Source: Octopus sinensis
Taxonomy: Eukaryota
Assembly: GCF_006345805.1 (NCBI RefSeq)
Contig: NC_043002.1
Location: forward strand, 87,606,001-87,670,000
Direction: 5' to 3'
Length of the DNA stretch: 64,000 nt
The position numbers and the translations under genes are program-made. Each line of letters starts with the position of its first letter. Position 1 is the stretch's first letter. The notes under the pieces are model-generated. The model saw only the letters and a list, made by a program, of their open reading frames with translations. It was not told the origin of the DNA and ran no database searches. Of the stretch, positions 1 to 13,317 are shown piece by piece.

Positions 1-1286
1 TTAACTCGGTTATGTTGCTGAAGCAACTCCATGGTCAGGACCATACCAGCAACAGAAAAGAGTGATAAGCAACAGATAAGAATGATGGCATACTGTTGTT
101 GAAGATACCGTTTTCCATCAAATACTTAAAATATATCAATAATGTTTGTTTCTCTGCAATGTTGTAGAGATGCAGGTTTGCTAATATACTGCTAAAGAAT
201 CACGTACACATGTAATTTTCTCCTACGGAGGCACAGCGGAAATGTTGTCAACCCTGGGAAAGTTATTATCCTTAAGAAGACTGACTACTAATAGAAACTC
301 TTGGGAGTTTGATTGCCAACTGAACTTCGGTCGTGTATCTGAAAAAATTCAGGCAGTTCGGTCAACTTTTGAGAAGTCGGCGTCTCCAAAGCATGCTATA
401 TTTAAAAAAGAAAGCGCATACGAGACCTTCTGCTCAGGTTTGCCTGCCCCAATAAGTTTGTTCGTATTGTCCGATAGTTCCATGTTGCCATGACCGCCTG
501 TGTTAACATGGGACGACAGGGATATAAATCAAGGTGTGAACTAGCACCAGTGCTCTTTCGTCTTCTTGCGTGACTCCAGGCCTCTTTCCAATATAATCGA
601 AGACAGCAATAGCGTGGCAGTGAATTTCAATGTAGATGACGATATTAACTTCAGAAAATTTCCACTCAACCATCAAACTCTGCGGAGAGCTGGTCCTGAA
701 TATATGTTTTGCGGACCATGATCAGGAGGTTCTTCGAACTATCATTGATGTAAAATTGAGAAGATTCGGCGGGATGGCGCTGACTTTCGGAATATATAAT
801 GATGCTCAACAACACTTTCAACTGTGGAAAAGCGCGTTTGTGGACGAAGTACGACCACACCTGCTCACTGTCAAATAATCGGTAATAATAATAACTTACT
901 TTTATTTGGCACACAACTTCAAATGTGTTGGAAAGAGAGGAACATTGTATAAAGTTTTCATTTTATTATATTTAATGGTAAATTGAAGTTAAAGGATTAC
1001 AACAGGAATTCGTCATCGGATCTTACATACGTCTAGTAAAAAAAAAAGTTACCTCTGTTCTACGATCACCTAAATCTCTTTATATTTGATTACTCTTAGT
1101 TTTGGTCCAGAGCCAATTTCTTTGCTCTATTCAACTAAAAGAATTTTTCAGAATCTAAGGAAACAGGTTACGATGAGGATGTGTCGTCAGCTGTAATTAT
1201 AAGAGAATTTGTGGAAATTATGATTTCAACTGATATGAGAATTTAAGTATTCAACAGTTTGCCCTTTTGTACTTTATCAAAGTTGA

Positions 1287-1403
1287 AAAGAGAGAGAGAG
1301 AAAGAGAAAGAGAGAGAAAGAAAAAGAGAAGAGAGAGAAGAGAGAGAGATAGAGAAAGGGAGAGAGAGATTGAGAGAAAGAGAGAGGAAATATGAGAGAG
1401 GGA
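1287..1403. repeat. (GA)-rich purine tract, followed by (TTA)n at ~1452-1485
   Basis: Direct inspection. Confidence 0.9.
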
Positions 1404-1451
1404 GAGTGTGTTACTTAAATTGTAGTTGCCCTTCACGAACTCTCCCCTCCA

Positions 1452-1485
<34 letters not shown>

Positions 1486-2834
1486 TGTTTAATAAAAAAA
1501 ATGAGTCAAAAGCAATAGTTAAGAAGTTCGCTTCATAATCATTAGATCCTAGATTTGAGTCCTCAGTGCAGTAACTTAAATGGTTGTGGATCGCAAAATA
1601 AAATTATTCTGCTTCTTTATGATATGGGATCGATATAGCCAACTCACCTCTCTTACCTAAATTTCTGGACTTTCGCCTATGTTAGAAGTTATATTACTGT
1701 TATTTACTTCCACTTCAGACACAAAATCAGCCGGAAGAAACTTGAAATTGATTAAATTTTGTTTGGGAGAAGTAAATTAAAAAAAAAAAAGTATTTTCGA
1801 CAAATTTTTGTAATTAAGTTTTAAGTTAGTTAAACTACACAAACCTCAAGAAATATTCAACAGGAAGATAACACACAGCCCCAGAATGGTCTTAACCGTA
1901 TTGGTCTGAACAAACTAAAGAACTGCAGAATGTAAAAATCAGTAGATTCTTTTAGAAGGAAAGTCAATGCACTTGGTAACAAATTTTATCGAAGTGTAAA
2001 GAGAAAAGTTCGGTATTAGCTTTGATGTTAAAGAAATCTAGACGACTTGATGCGAAAGATATTAGAAAATGCCGAAGGACGAGAATGTCAATCTGTAGCA
2101 AAGTGTTTTACAACTCATATAATCATTTCCATCAAGGGGTAAACAAAATCGTATTTACGCCCTTAATCGAATTATTTTAAATGATTTATTCAGCTGCAGG
2201 TCACAATACAGAAATTACAGGATAAAGAAAATTATTAAGGCAATACATGTCTTATTGGTTGATCTCTGTTGGATCAAAAGTTCTCAATTTGCACACTCTA
2301 TCAGATAAAGTTCTAAAGATTATGCTTACAAAGATATAAACAGAGGAAATAAAACATTGTGTTGCTATGTGACAGGTACATATGTACACATCGGCATTCA
2401 GCTATTCACATAACTACCTCCACACATGTGCAAATATGCACTCAAAATCACGCATACGAATAACGCTATACAATTATACAATTCAGAGAAATTTTGGATT
2501 GAAGCCGAGAGGTACATTCACATCTAAAGCATATACACTCTTGGATATTTAATCATAAGCACTAATAGCATGTAGTATGTAATAGTATACGCACACAAAT
2601 GGATATATCTATTTTCTTACAGAAACATAATGGAAAATTCTCGCTTTTCTCTCACGTTTTTCATTTCCCATTCCGTCTTTCCTTCTCTTCCGTCTTCATT
2701 TCTTTCTATTCTCTTTTATTACACGTTTTCTCCTATAAATTTTAACAAAGAAACATATACAGACACGTGTAAAAGATGAACTAAGAGTAAAATTATATCG
2801 TACAAATACTCAAATGATATAAATAATTCTTTCT

Positions 2835-2998
2835 AACATTGGCACAAAAACAGTAATTTAAAAGAGAGGGTTACAACGATCCCGATACTTGAGTAGTACT
2901 TTATTTTAGCAACTCTAGCAGGAGGAAAGGCACAGTTGACTTGGGCGGAATTTGAACTCAGAATGTGAAGAGCTGGAAGAATGCTGCTGAGCATTTTC
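2835..2998 (-). mobile_element. SINE family A fragment, degenerate
   Basis: Reverse complement of the family A B-box/core (GTTCAAATTCCGCC...GCCTTTC) and tail. Confidence 0.6.
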
Positions 2999-3058
2999 TT
3001 CTATAAATGATATAAATAATGAAAAACCAGAAAAATGAAATATTTGTTACCAAATTGG

Positions 3059-3240
3059 GGCGGCGAGCTGACAGAATCGTTAGTACGCTGGACTGCTACA
3101 AATTTCGCCGCAGTCGACTTTGCCCTTCATCTTTTCGGAGACGATAAATCAAGTGCCAGTGGAACGCTGAGTTGATGTAATCGACTAGCCCTCCCACCTC
3201 CAAAACAATTTCAGGCCTTGTGCCTATAGCAGAAAGGATT
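3059..3240 (+). mobile_element. SINE family A, tail type B (...GGCCTTGTGCCTATAGCAGAAAGGATT)
   Basis: Head GGCGGCGAGCTG, core GTCGACTTTGCC..TCATC, internal deletion. Confidence 0.8.
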
Positions 3241-3244
3241 TTAG

Positions 3245-3466
3245 AGTTCTATATCTAAGAGATGAGGAATTATGTACATTATTTATATCTGACGGATATT
3301 TGTCCTCATCTTGTTTGTTGTTAACACAATTCTTTGGCTAATATACCGTCCAGCCTTCATCAGGTGTCTTGGGGGAAATTTTGAACCTGGATTCCCATTC
3401 ACTACCTGGAATCGAACTCGGAATCTTGGGGCTAGTAGCCCACTCTCTTAACCACTACGCCATATG
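3245..3466 (-). mobile_element. tRNA-headed element (family C) with hammerhead-like tail
   Basis: Minus strand reads ATGGCGTAGTGGTTAAG (A box)...GAGTTCGATTCC (B box). The tail matches the copy at 52749-53119. Confidence 0.8.
3323..3368 (-). ncRNA. Degenerate minimal hammerhead ribozyme
   Basis: GACAC-CTGATGA-A-GGCTG..TAGCC-AAAGAATT-GTGTT. Core 5' half and stems I/II present; GAAAC mutated. Confidence 0.5.
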
Positions 3467-3499
3467 CTCGTGGGCAATTATGGAGTGAATTTTAGGGCT

Positions 3500-4232
3500 T
3501 ATAAATCTAATATTCTCCTATCCTTCCTTAATACCGGTTCCCATATGCTGTTCATATCTACATTCGATCTGCTTACGAGGTTGTTGTGTCCTAGCATATG
3601 TACTGCTTCTTTTAGTTTCCATTATTTCCACTGGTGTACTCTGCCTATTATTTTAACTTCATCCCACAGGGGGAGGTGGTCTCCATTTTTCCATACATGA
3701 TCATCTATACCCAATTTATCAATATCCCCCCGTGTCACAGCTCTGTGATGTTCCTCTACCCTTATTTTGAGGGGGCCGCATGTTTCGCCTTTGTATAACT
3801 TACTACAGCTGCATGGGATGGAATACACGTAGTTCTTGGCCATATTCTCTTCTATTGGGTGTTTTACTCGAAGGAGATATTTGCGAAGCGTTGTATAACT
3901 TTTGAATACTGTCTTGATGTCATATGGGTTGTATATCTTTTGTATCTTTTCGGAGAGGCTTTTCACATAGGGTAGTCAGATTGTGGACAGTTTATCGGTT
4001 TCATCCTCTCTTTTCTTCATAATTAGAGTGGATAGTATGCTTTTGGGATAGTTTTTGCTTAATAGATTGTTACTGAGCTTGATCATTTCTTCGTGGTGGG
4101 TATCACGATTGCTACTTATATTCATTGCTCGATGTTTTAGGCACTGAGCAATCCCTCTCTTTACACTGTATGGATGGTGGGAGTTGAAGTTGAGGTATCG
4201 TCCAGTGAATGTCAGCTTGCGGTATACGGGTG
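3500..4232 (-). mobile_element. Penelope-like element 3' fragment: RT C-terminus plus GIY-YIG endonuclease, frameshifted
   Basis: VYRKLTFTGRYLNFNSHHPYSVKRG (PLE RT thumb), YVYSIPCSCSKLYKGET..LKIRVEEH (GIY-YIG), C-terminal KLKEAVH..NSIWEPVL. Confidence 0.9.
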
Positions 4233-4699
4233 TTGTGTTAACAACAGACAAGATGAGGACAAATATCCGTCACTACTATAAATAGTAGTAGCGACAGGAA
4301 CACTATATAGTTCAACAAAATGCTAGCTCATTGCACTGAGCTCATCTCTATCCAACAGATTGAACCATAATAGAAACACTAGTATCGCAGCAGTAAGATT
4401 TAAATATATATTTATTGAATTACTCAATAGATTTAAACGTCCATTTGAAGTCGTAAAGCCATGGCATATAAAAAATACATACCACTTATATATGTGTATA
4501 AAGACAGAAAGAGGAAGAGAATGAGGAAGAGAGAGGTGGCAGAAAAAAAGGAACAACTAAATGTTTTTGTTGTTGAAATTTATGGTAGGCTCAATGAGCT
4601 AGATGACTTTTATCTGTAATATTGTTTTTGTTGTTATTTAGCTCCGGCCAGTCCTCGATACCCATGATAAAAAGTATTCCACTTACGACCATTTGGTAA

Positions 4700-5560
4700 T
4701 GTGATCTAAGACTACATTGTTCAACGCGTTTTTTTTTTTAAGTCGGATGAAACTTCAAGAGGATATATTTGCTATTTCATGCAGGTGATTCAACTCGGCG
4801 GAGGCTGGTAGCATCAAAAAGTTGTTGGTCTCTTCTGAGACTTGTTTGAAATTGCATTAGGTCCTTTTATTTCTGTTAACATTTTATGAATTGGTTGGAA
4901 AAAGCCAGTGCAATTAGGTCTCCAAGTTGTGGAGTACGATATTTATGTACAGTGGGTAGGATTTGGAAGATAGGCGAATATATTGTACTTGAAATATACT
5001 GATTTCTCTGTTATAGCGCTGATGCTAAGTTAGCCTAATAACAAAAGTGAAGCATTCGACTCTTGTTTGAAGAGAATGAATATTGGTAATATTGAGGTGC
5101 TCTAGACAATTGAACATCCCACATTATTGTTTTGAGTTCTGTTTACCAAAAATAGTCTTACATAGCTTCTTAGTAAAAAGTAACTGGCGTACTGGTGGCG
5201 TGTAACTATCAACGCAATAAAGATGATATATCCAAAGAAACCAACCATGCCAGATGTTTTCATTTCTAGCATTAACATTTTAGTGCAATTTAAATTTCCT
5301 GAAAACATCGCCGTGGTTGTGATTAATATTTGTGCAGACAGGATGTAAGCAATGGTTCTTCCATCTGTTGGTAACATAGATTTAATACACATGAAGATAT
5401 TTCAGATATTTTAACATATAACATTTTAACAGATATCTAGAATGGGGAAAATTTAAGAAATTCAAAGAAGACAACAAACTCATTGAAGATATCAAGTGAT
5501 TGCCTCTACTGGTTCTTCAATTTTTCTTGACACTACATTTGCGAATTCTCTCCGAATAAG
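4700..5560 (-). mobile_element. Highly decayed Penelope-like RT fragment
   Basis: Manual translation gives LVSLDISSL (cf. RT motif SFDVxSL) and PTVHKYRTPQLGDL, with many stops. Confidence 0.4.
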
Positions 5561-6922
5561 GAGGTATTAGTATTATGTTTCCTAGCAGAGAAACAGAACG
5601 TATTCAGGTTTTCTGTTATCATTTAATCGCCTTCGATTTCTTCTTAATGTCTTAGGTTACTGAAGAGAGTTTTAGATTTCTTAAGAGTTGGTATTTCTAT
5701 TGCTTTTTCAACTGTTTCTTGGGAGTTGTTAGATGTAAAAGTTATTTTACTATTTCAGCTCAATACTGCCTTAACTGCATTTTTTTATTCTTAGTTTACA
5801 TTAACACATTTACACTATTTTTTCCTAATTTGTCATATGGTGTAACAGACATTAACATTGTAGCATAAAATACTCAGTATAAAGTATTTAAAAAGAAGAA
5901 TGCCAAAGTAAAACCTTAAAGGGATTCTCTATAGTGTGATAAAAATAATGTATACGAATTTAGCAGTTATTCTCATTTCAAACTCATTTTAAATTACACC
6001 ATCAGATACCGAACACAGATTACTTTCTAAAAGGAGCAATGCATCTATCTCTCCCCATCCCCCCTCTCTGTATATATATATATATGTACATATATATTTA
6101 TATATATATACATGTATGTGTATCTGCGTGTATACATGCATGTGTGTATGCACGCATGTGTAAACCAACATACAAACATACATACGTATATACATACATA
6201 CATACATGATGGCTACAAACTCGTGATCGCCTGATCGAAAGTCTCACGAATGCGAAGGCTACGACCAGCATTTTTGTGATAGGTATCATTTTTCTTTCAA
6301 GCAATGCCTGTGCATGCGGATTTTTTATAGTGGGGAAATGATTTTCGCAAATCCAATCCCACTCTCTGAACATGGACAACATAAGCTCGAAAAGAACTAG
6401 TCTACATCATCGAATATTGTCAGTGTCGCAGGTTTTCTTTCTGAGTTTTCCTCTCCTAGAGAGATGATGTGACTACAACAGAACTCTCCTATTCCCAGTG
6501 GGCCAACGCGCCTGGACACCAACCCAGGTATTTCCAAAACCGATTTTAATATTTGCTGTTTCTATTTTTTTTTGTTGCATTTTTTTCTTTTCAAGAAATA
6601 TCGTTGAAACTGAACTAACTGAACTGTTGTCGGTCGCCTTTACTTGAGAGTGCTGTCTGCTTCATTGAAACATATCGCAACATATCAATTCTCACCTTCT
6701 CTCCCTTTAAACCTTAGATCAGCATCTTGTCATTTCTTTCACTAACCTCTGGCTGACTCTTTGCATTTGGAGATAACAGAGTTTATTCACAGCAAGTCAA
6801 GGGGATGCTGTTAGTCTTCAATCCGGTGATCTTTCCCGTTGAGCATATGTAATAACCAGAGATTCCTTTCATGGAAGTAACATTAACTAAATTTTGTCTT
6901 AATTATTTTCATTAGCCCTTGC

Positions 6923-7866
6923 ATGATAAAAAGAAAATCAACTGTTTGGAATTTTTTCGCTAGGAAAAACAAAGATGAAGCTCAATGCAATAAGTGTGAT
7001 AAGATCATGAAATTCTCTGGAGGATCTACTACGTCTCTGATCTTGCACTTGAAGAAAATTCATCAAATCGACATAAAACAAGATGCAAACCAGCCTCCTC
7101 TGAAAATGACAAGAACAATGGAACACTTTTTATCAAAGAAATCAATGGAAGAAGTTTCAAAGTTAACTGCTATGGATGGATTCTCTTTCAATTCAATCGC
7201 CAAAATCGATTTTATACAGAGAAATATTCATGGTCAAAGAGGCAAATATGATAAATTACAACCAACATCTGCAAACGGAGTCAGGAATACGGTAATGAAT
7301 TATTACATATCCAAGAAAGAAGAACTTATTCATTATTACGAAAAAGAAGTAGGGCTGGGGATTCACCACTCATTGACATTGGATGAATACACATCAATTC
7401 AAAATAAACGATATATGAACATAATATTCATGTGAAAGGCAATCACTGGTCGTTGGGTCTTATTGAGATTCACGCTTCCCTTAATAGCAGGAGAACAGAG
7501 CAATTTGTAAGAGAACATCTTCGTGAATTTGGATTGGATTTGGATATACACATTGTTGGCTGTACGACGGATGGTGCTTCTTTGATGGTGAAATTCGGAA
7601 AATAAATAAGACCTTATCATCAACAATGTCTCACACATTGCATACATCTGTCTGTGATCAACATTCTGTATAAAAAAAAAAAAATTGAAAATGTTGCCTC
7701 AACCGATGACACTGATAAGAAAAGTGAAGAGATCGCTATAATAGATGATAGTGATAATGAAGCTGACATAAGCCAAGAAGACATACTTTTTCAAACAGAT
7801 TTTCTGTTATTGTTTATACATAGATACAGATACAGGCACTATCAACATATTTTTGGATATCAGTCA

Positions 7867-7906
<40 letters not shown>

Positions 7907-8046
7907 GTACATAAAGAAAATACAATTATAACTTCTTCGTTACAGGGACGCCGCTCTAAATCCACGAAAACCGGTTTTTAATCGGTTTTGAGAATTACTT
8001 ATACTTACACTCGGTTTTGGGAATTATCGGTTTTTTGTGAGCCCTA
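6923..8046 (+). mobile_element. hAT DNA transposon remnant: BED zinc finger plus partial transposase
   Basis: ORF 6923-7435 has VWNFF..C..C..GSTTSLILHLKKIH (BED finger) and LTLDEYT. After a frameshift come TTDGAS and QCLTHCIHL (CxxH). Putative 3' end has CGGTTTT subterminal repeats ending ..AGCCCTA at 8046. Confidence 0.85.
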
Positions 8047-8629
8047 ATACATACATGCGTACATATTTATAAATTCGCCATTCAACTGTTTTCGATCCAC
8101 TACAAGATGAAGCCTTAAGCTGTTGCTGATTTATGTAGGCTATCTGATAGTTGTGGGCTCGATGGAGTTCTCCCATGCTAAAGGTGAATAAGGTCTGGCT
8201 ATCACCACCTACATGGGATTTGATTTAAGAAGACAAATAGCTAGAAGAGATTCTGTATTATAGCATCGCGTGTCACGTTCTAACAATTATTTCAATTCAT
8301 TGGGCGGGTATTCGCTATTGACTTCGGGTGGGATGGGAACTCAGGGCGCAGAGAATAAGATCGAGTGCATCAATTTCTCTCACTATATATATATATATAT
8401 ATACATTGTTCCACGTCCTCGCGTTGTTGTGTTTTCATGTTTGGATTAACTTTATATATATATAGTTGTATTCCCAAAGAAATTGTACTCTATACTTGAG
8501 TTACCAATGAAGCTTTAAAGTGTTACGCAGGCACTCAACTATGAGATCACCGCATCTTATACCGAAAACAGCTGTAAGCTAATGAAATTCATATGATAAT
8601 CATTTATTCCTTGGTCATATATATATTCT

Positions 8630-9022
8630 TTTATTTTATTCGTTTACTTGTTTCAGTCACTTGAGTGTGGCTATGCTGAAACACCACCTTAAAGAGTTTT
8701 AGTTGAAGAAATCAACCACAAGACTTATTCTTTGTAAGCCTAGTATTTATTCTATCGGTCACTTTTGCCGAACCACGAAGTTACGGGGACATACACACAC
8801 CAGCATCGTTTGACAAGCGATGGAAGGGGAACAAACATAGACACAAAGACACGCATACACAGATATACATATATACGACGGACCTCTTTCAGTTTCCGTC
8901 TACCAACTCCACTCACAAGGCTTTGGTCGACCCGAGTTTACAGTGGAAGACACGTAGTGTGACTGAACTCTGAACCTGGTAGTTGGGAAGCAAGATTCTT
9001 ACCACACGGCCACGCCTGCGCC
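8630..9022 (-). mobile_element. SINE family D (head GGCGCAGG.GTGGC.GTGTGGTAAG, internal CA/TA microsatellite)
   Basis: Colinear with other copies, e.g. 11587-11978 and 63621-64000. Confidence 0.85.
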
Positions 9023-9040
9023 TAAAATGCTTAAAGGCAA

Positions 9041-9113
9041 AGGTTCTGGTGAGGATCGAACTCACGACGTTCTGCATGTAAAGTAGGTGTGATAACCACT
9101 ACACCACAGAACC
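9041..9113 (-). pseudogene. tRNA-Val(TAC) pseudogene or variant tRNA
   Basis: GGTTCTG/CAGAACC acceptor stem 7/7, GTGAG/CTCAC T stem 5/5, loop TT-TAC-AT, intact A/B boxes. The anticodon stem has two mismatches (CCTAC/GCAGA) and the discriminator is T. Confidence 0.8.
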
Positions 9114-9949
9114 TTCTTATAACAGTTTGTGTGTGGTGGATTTGTTGATCATCTAGAAAGGACACCTTAATATTTGATTTCGAAGTACAAGTTCTTGAAA
9201 TTGCCTTCTGGATGTTATATCTTGGTTTATGATATTAATGAATGAACTAACTGCAAGTACCTCGTATGTATTCTTAAATGTGACAGCAGCTATATACACC
9301 CTGTTTTCTTCTTTTCTCTAGCGTTATCTTTATAACTTTCAATATAAAAAGTCTATAGAATCTTGAATAATTCTCCTTAAACCGCAAATGTAAAATATTT
9401 TTAATCTGCATACTTTATACAGACATTTCTGTCGGAGTGGTTTTGCATAGAGTAGTGAATGATAGAGATAATGTCGGTAGCTAATTTGCAATACAATTTT
9501 TAGCTCTCTCTCTTCTGTAGCAACTTGCAACAGGTTTTGCATGTCTTTTAAAATCAATCATCATTACAAAATTTGAAATAGCAATTGCTTTCTGTAACAA
9601 GCAATTTTGGGACACGAACGATACCTGTTGCAAAAGCTGTTTAGTTGTGAAGTGATTTAAGCTTGCAACGAACAGAATATTATTCTTCTCTTGTTTTTAT
9701 ATCAGCAGAATGGATCTTATTAAGATCAAGTAACAGAATACTTACATCTTTGATAACTCCAATATTTGATAGTAATGTTATCAGTGTTAGACATCAGATG
9801 TACTTGTCGAATTGAAATTTTTAGAGATAAGGAGTAATTTATATAATGCGTTCTTAATAACAATGAGTAACTCAGTTAAAGGTAAGTGTGAAAGCCAGAA
9901 AGGTGAGGTAATATATTGTTTTGTAATATAAATTCTATACTATTTACTC

Positions 9950-10334
9950 TCTCTTTTATTCTTTTACTTGTTTCAGTCATTTGACTGTGGCCATGCTGGA
10001 ATATCGCCTTTAGTCGAAGAAATTGCCCCCCAGGACTTATTCTTTGTAAGCCTAGTACTTATTCTATAGGTCTCTTTTGCTGAACCGCTAAGTTACGGGG
10101 ACGTAAACACACCAGCATTGGTTGTCAAGCGATGTTGAGGACACACACCCACACACACACATATATATATACGACGGGCTTCTTTCAGTTTCCGTCTACC
10201 AAATCCATTCACAAGGCTTTGGTCGGCCCGAGGCTATAGTAGAAGACACTTACCCAAGGTGCCACGCAGTGGAACCGAACCCGGAACCATGTGGTTGGTA
10301 AGCAAGCTACTTACCACAGAGCCACTCCTGCGCC
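9950..10334 (-). mobile_element. SINE family D, full length
   Basis: Head-to-tail match to family D. An extra tail fragment lies at 10346-10392. Confidence 0.9.
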
Positions 10335-10399
10335 TATGTCTATATTCTTTCATTCTTTTACTTGTTTCAGTCATTTGACTGCGGCCATGCTGATGTTCT

Positions 10400-10770
10400 T
10401 CGCAGGCCTTTTAAGACCGCTTACATCGACGCGGTTGATCTTCCTCTTTATAAGATGCAAGTTGATAACTGCAATGTGCAGACAAAGGAAAATCAACAGC
10501 GGCCGCGTTCTTGGAATAAAAGATGAGGAAAATGTGGTAGCGGGTAGCCTCGAGGACGCAAACCCAATATGTATGATGAGAGGGGGAAATATACGTGTGA
10601 GAGTATTTGAACAGAAGTGCTAAGAGATTAGCCAGAGCATAGCAGGTGATTCCACTGTAGTAGTTGTAGAAGAGGTTTATGTCTTTGGATAAGAGATTGG
10701 AAAATGTTCATCAAAGACTTCACAGTAATCAGGTGAGCGGTCATTTTTTGAATGCAGTCTAAGATATCTT
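10400..10770 (-). mobile_element. Decayed CR1/Jockey-group LINE 3' fragment
   Basis: Manual translation LDCIQKMTAHLI ... SSFIPRT resembles the ORF2 C-terminus. Confidence 0.45.
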
Positions 10771-10921
10771 TATGACTAAGATCAACATATATTTTAAGGA
10801 AAAGAGGGAAGTGGAAACTACATTCTTTAATAATTCTCTAATGCTGCGTGTCATTTTGTCCCACTTATTTATATATATATGTATTCATTTATTTATTTCT
10901 GCTGCTCATTCACACGTAGTA

Positions 10922-11005
10922 CGTGTGTATGTATGCATGTGTATGTATGTATGTATGTATGTATGTATGTATGTATGTATGTATGTATGTATGTATGTGT
11001 GTATG

Positions 11006-11039
<34 letters not shown>

Positions 11040-11049
11040 CATGCGTGTG

Positions 11050-11097
<48 letters not shown>
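10922..11097. repeat. (TATG)n/(TG)n compound microsatellite
   Basis: Direct inspection. Confidence 0.95.
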
Positions 11098-11098
<1 letters not shown>

Positions 11099-11531
11099 AC
11101 GTGAGAGATTTATCGGAACAATTGCTTTCAGTTTTATTTGTGAGAATGGAAAAAAAAACAAGGTGTATTTATATTTATTTTAAGTTTTACAACGATAGCT
11201 TTAAAAACTTAAGTTTAACTAATAGAAATCTTATCTTGAGTTTCTGATATACGATGCGTTGTTCATAGAAATTTATTAATTATTTAATCTCATTAACTAC
11301 GAACGCAAATTAGTCAAGCCAAGAGAACTAACTGTTGGTTTGTGTTCATTTAGATAGCGATTGTTAGAAGTTCTCTTCATAAACAGAAAGATAACGGAGT
11401 GCATACGCACTTACAGGGTAATTATAGTAGAATACACTTCTGGTGATATGTAGTCAGCATATCAGGAAACATGTCAGAACAATTTCTTTTTTTCTTTTCT
11501 GTTTATGCAGAGAATAACAAGACGTGTTTAC

Positions 11532-11586
<55 letters not shown>

Positions 11587-11592
<6 letters not shown>

Positions 11593-11978
11593 GTTTCAGT
11601 CATTTGACTGCGGCCATGCTGGAGTACCGCCTTTGGTCGAGCAAATCGACCCCGGGACTTATTCTTTGTAACCCCAGTACTTATTCTATCGGTCTCTTTT
11701 GCCGAACCGCTAAGTGACGGGGACGTAAACACACCAGCATCGGTTGTCAAGCAATGCTAGTGGGACAAACACAGACACACAATCACACACACACATACAT
11801 ATATATACATATATACGACAGGCTTCTTTCAGTTTCCGTCTACCAAATCCACTCACAAGGCATTGGTCGGCCCGGGGCTATAGCAGAAGACACTTGCCCA
11901 AGATGCCACGCAGTGGGACTGAACCCGGAACCATGTGGTTGGTTAGCAAGCTACTTACCACACATCCACTCCTGCGCC
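11587..11978 (-). mobile_element. SINE family D, full length, abutting (CT)n
   Basis: Near-identical in structure to 28975-29391. Confidence 0.9.
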
Positions 11979-12245
11979 TTTAATTTTATTTTAGGTTTGT
12001 TGTGTATATGTACATGTGTGTGTATTCGTGAGTGTATATGCGTCTGTCATTACATGTGTAAGATAAACAATTATTATACACACGCGAACCATGTTTTTGT
12101 CAGATCAACTAAACACGTCAATGTATTGGAAAGATAAGGAACAGCGTCACGATGCTGTATAAGCTGTATGAATCATCAGGCCTCGCATTTAATAAATCAA
12201 AATTGTCCTCGTTAAAATGCTCAGATGGAGAATTTGGGCATGTTT

Positions 12246-12658
12246 CAGCAAGTTGGCTCCTTTTATTTAAAAGTGGACGAATTGCGTTGCCGTATTTCGT
12301 CCGCCGTTACGTTCTGAGTTCAAATTCCGCAGGAGGTCGACTTTGCCTTTCATCCTTTCGGGGTCGATAAATTAAGTACCAGTTACGTACTGGGGTCGAT
12401 GTAATCGACTTAATCCGTTTGCCTGTCCTTGTTTGTCCCCTCTGTGTTTAGCCCCTTGTGGGTAGTAAAGAAATAGGTATTTCGTCTGCCGCTACGTTCT
12501 GAGTTCAAATTCCACCGAGGTCGACTTTGCCTTTCATCCTTTCGGGGTCGTTAAATTAAGTACCAGTTACGCACTGGGGTCGATGTAATCGACTTCATCC
12601 GTTTGTCTGTCCTTGTTTGTCTCTTCTGTGTTTAGCCCCTTGTGCATAGTAAAGAAAT
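12246..12658 (+). mobile_element. SINE family A head-to-tail dimer, both units with tail type A
   Basis: Second unit begins GGTATTTCGTCTGCCGC at 12476, directly after ..GTAAAGAAATA. Period about 185 bp. Confidence 0.9.
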
Positions 12659-13317
12659 GTATTTAAAAGTGGGTCATGGTGGTACTCAATGTCTCTGGGA
12701 GGCATCTGCTGCTGCTCTTGACTGTGTTTAAATGTTTGCACCAGATTTAACACTACCTATGAGATTTTGGCGATCTCTGTTTTAATTTACAATTACTCTT
12801 TGTTGTGTGGGGTTTTGATGAAATGAACTGCTGTGCTAGTGCAAGTGAATATAGCAATCAGTAATGCCGTTTTGTTCTTGGAGAAGTTAGTATGGTGTGC
12901 ACAGCTTTTATTGAGACCTGAGTTTCTCAAATTTAAATCATAGTTATTGTTAGTTCTATTTCTAATTAATGAAAAATTCTGATTTCGCTCCGAATGATTT
13001 TGTCGTTATGTATGCAAATTAATGCAAAAAATATAGAATTTTAATAATGCACATACAGAAATAATATCCTTTTTAGCCTGAACTCTATGTAAAACCTGTG
13101 TTCATTTCCACTTATTTGTAGAGCTTTGGTAAGTTTGTTTCTATTCGTATGACGACTATAAAATATTCGATTCGTTTATATGTAATGAAATATTTTAGCT
13201 TATTTCTTTCGTATTTTCTGGCCAACTTTCCTATATCTATTATTCCCTTCGATCCTGTCTTCTAGACTTCGCAATCCATTAAGATTTACTTAGCTGGACA
13301 AAGATGTGCTGTGCGTT

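Noticed and set aside
1940-2330. Possible Penelope RT trace (ISFDVKEI)
   Set aside because: A single short motif amid stops is insufficient.
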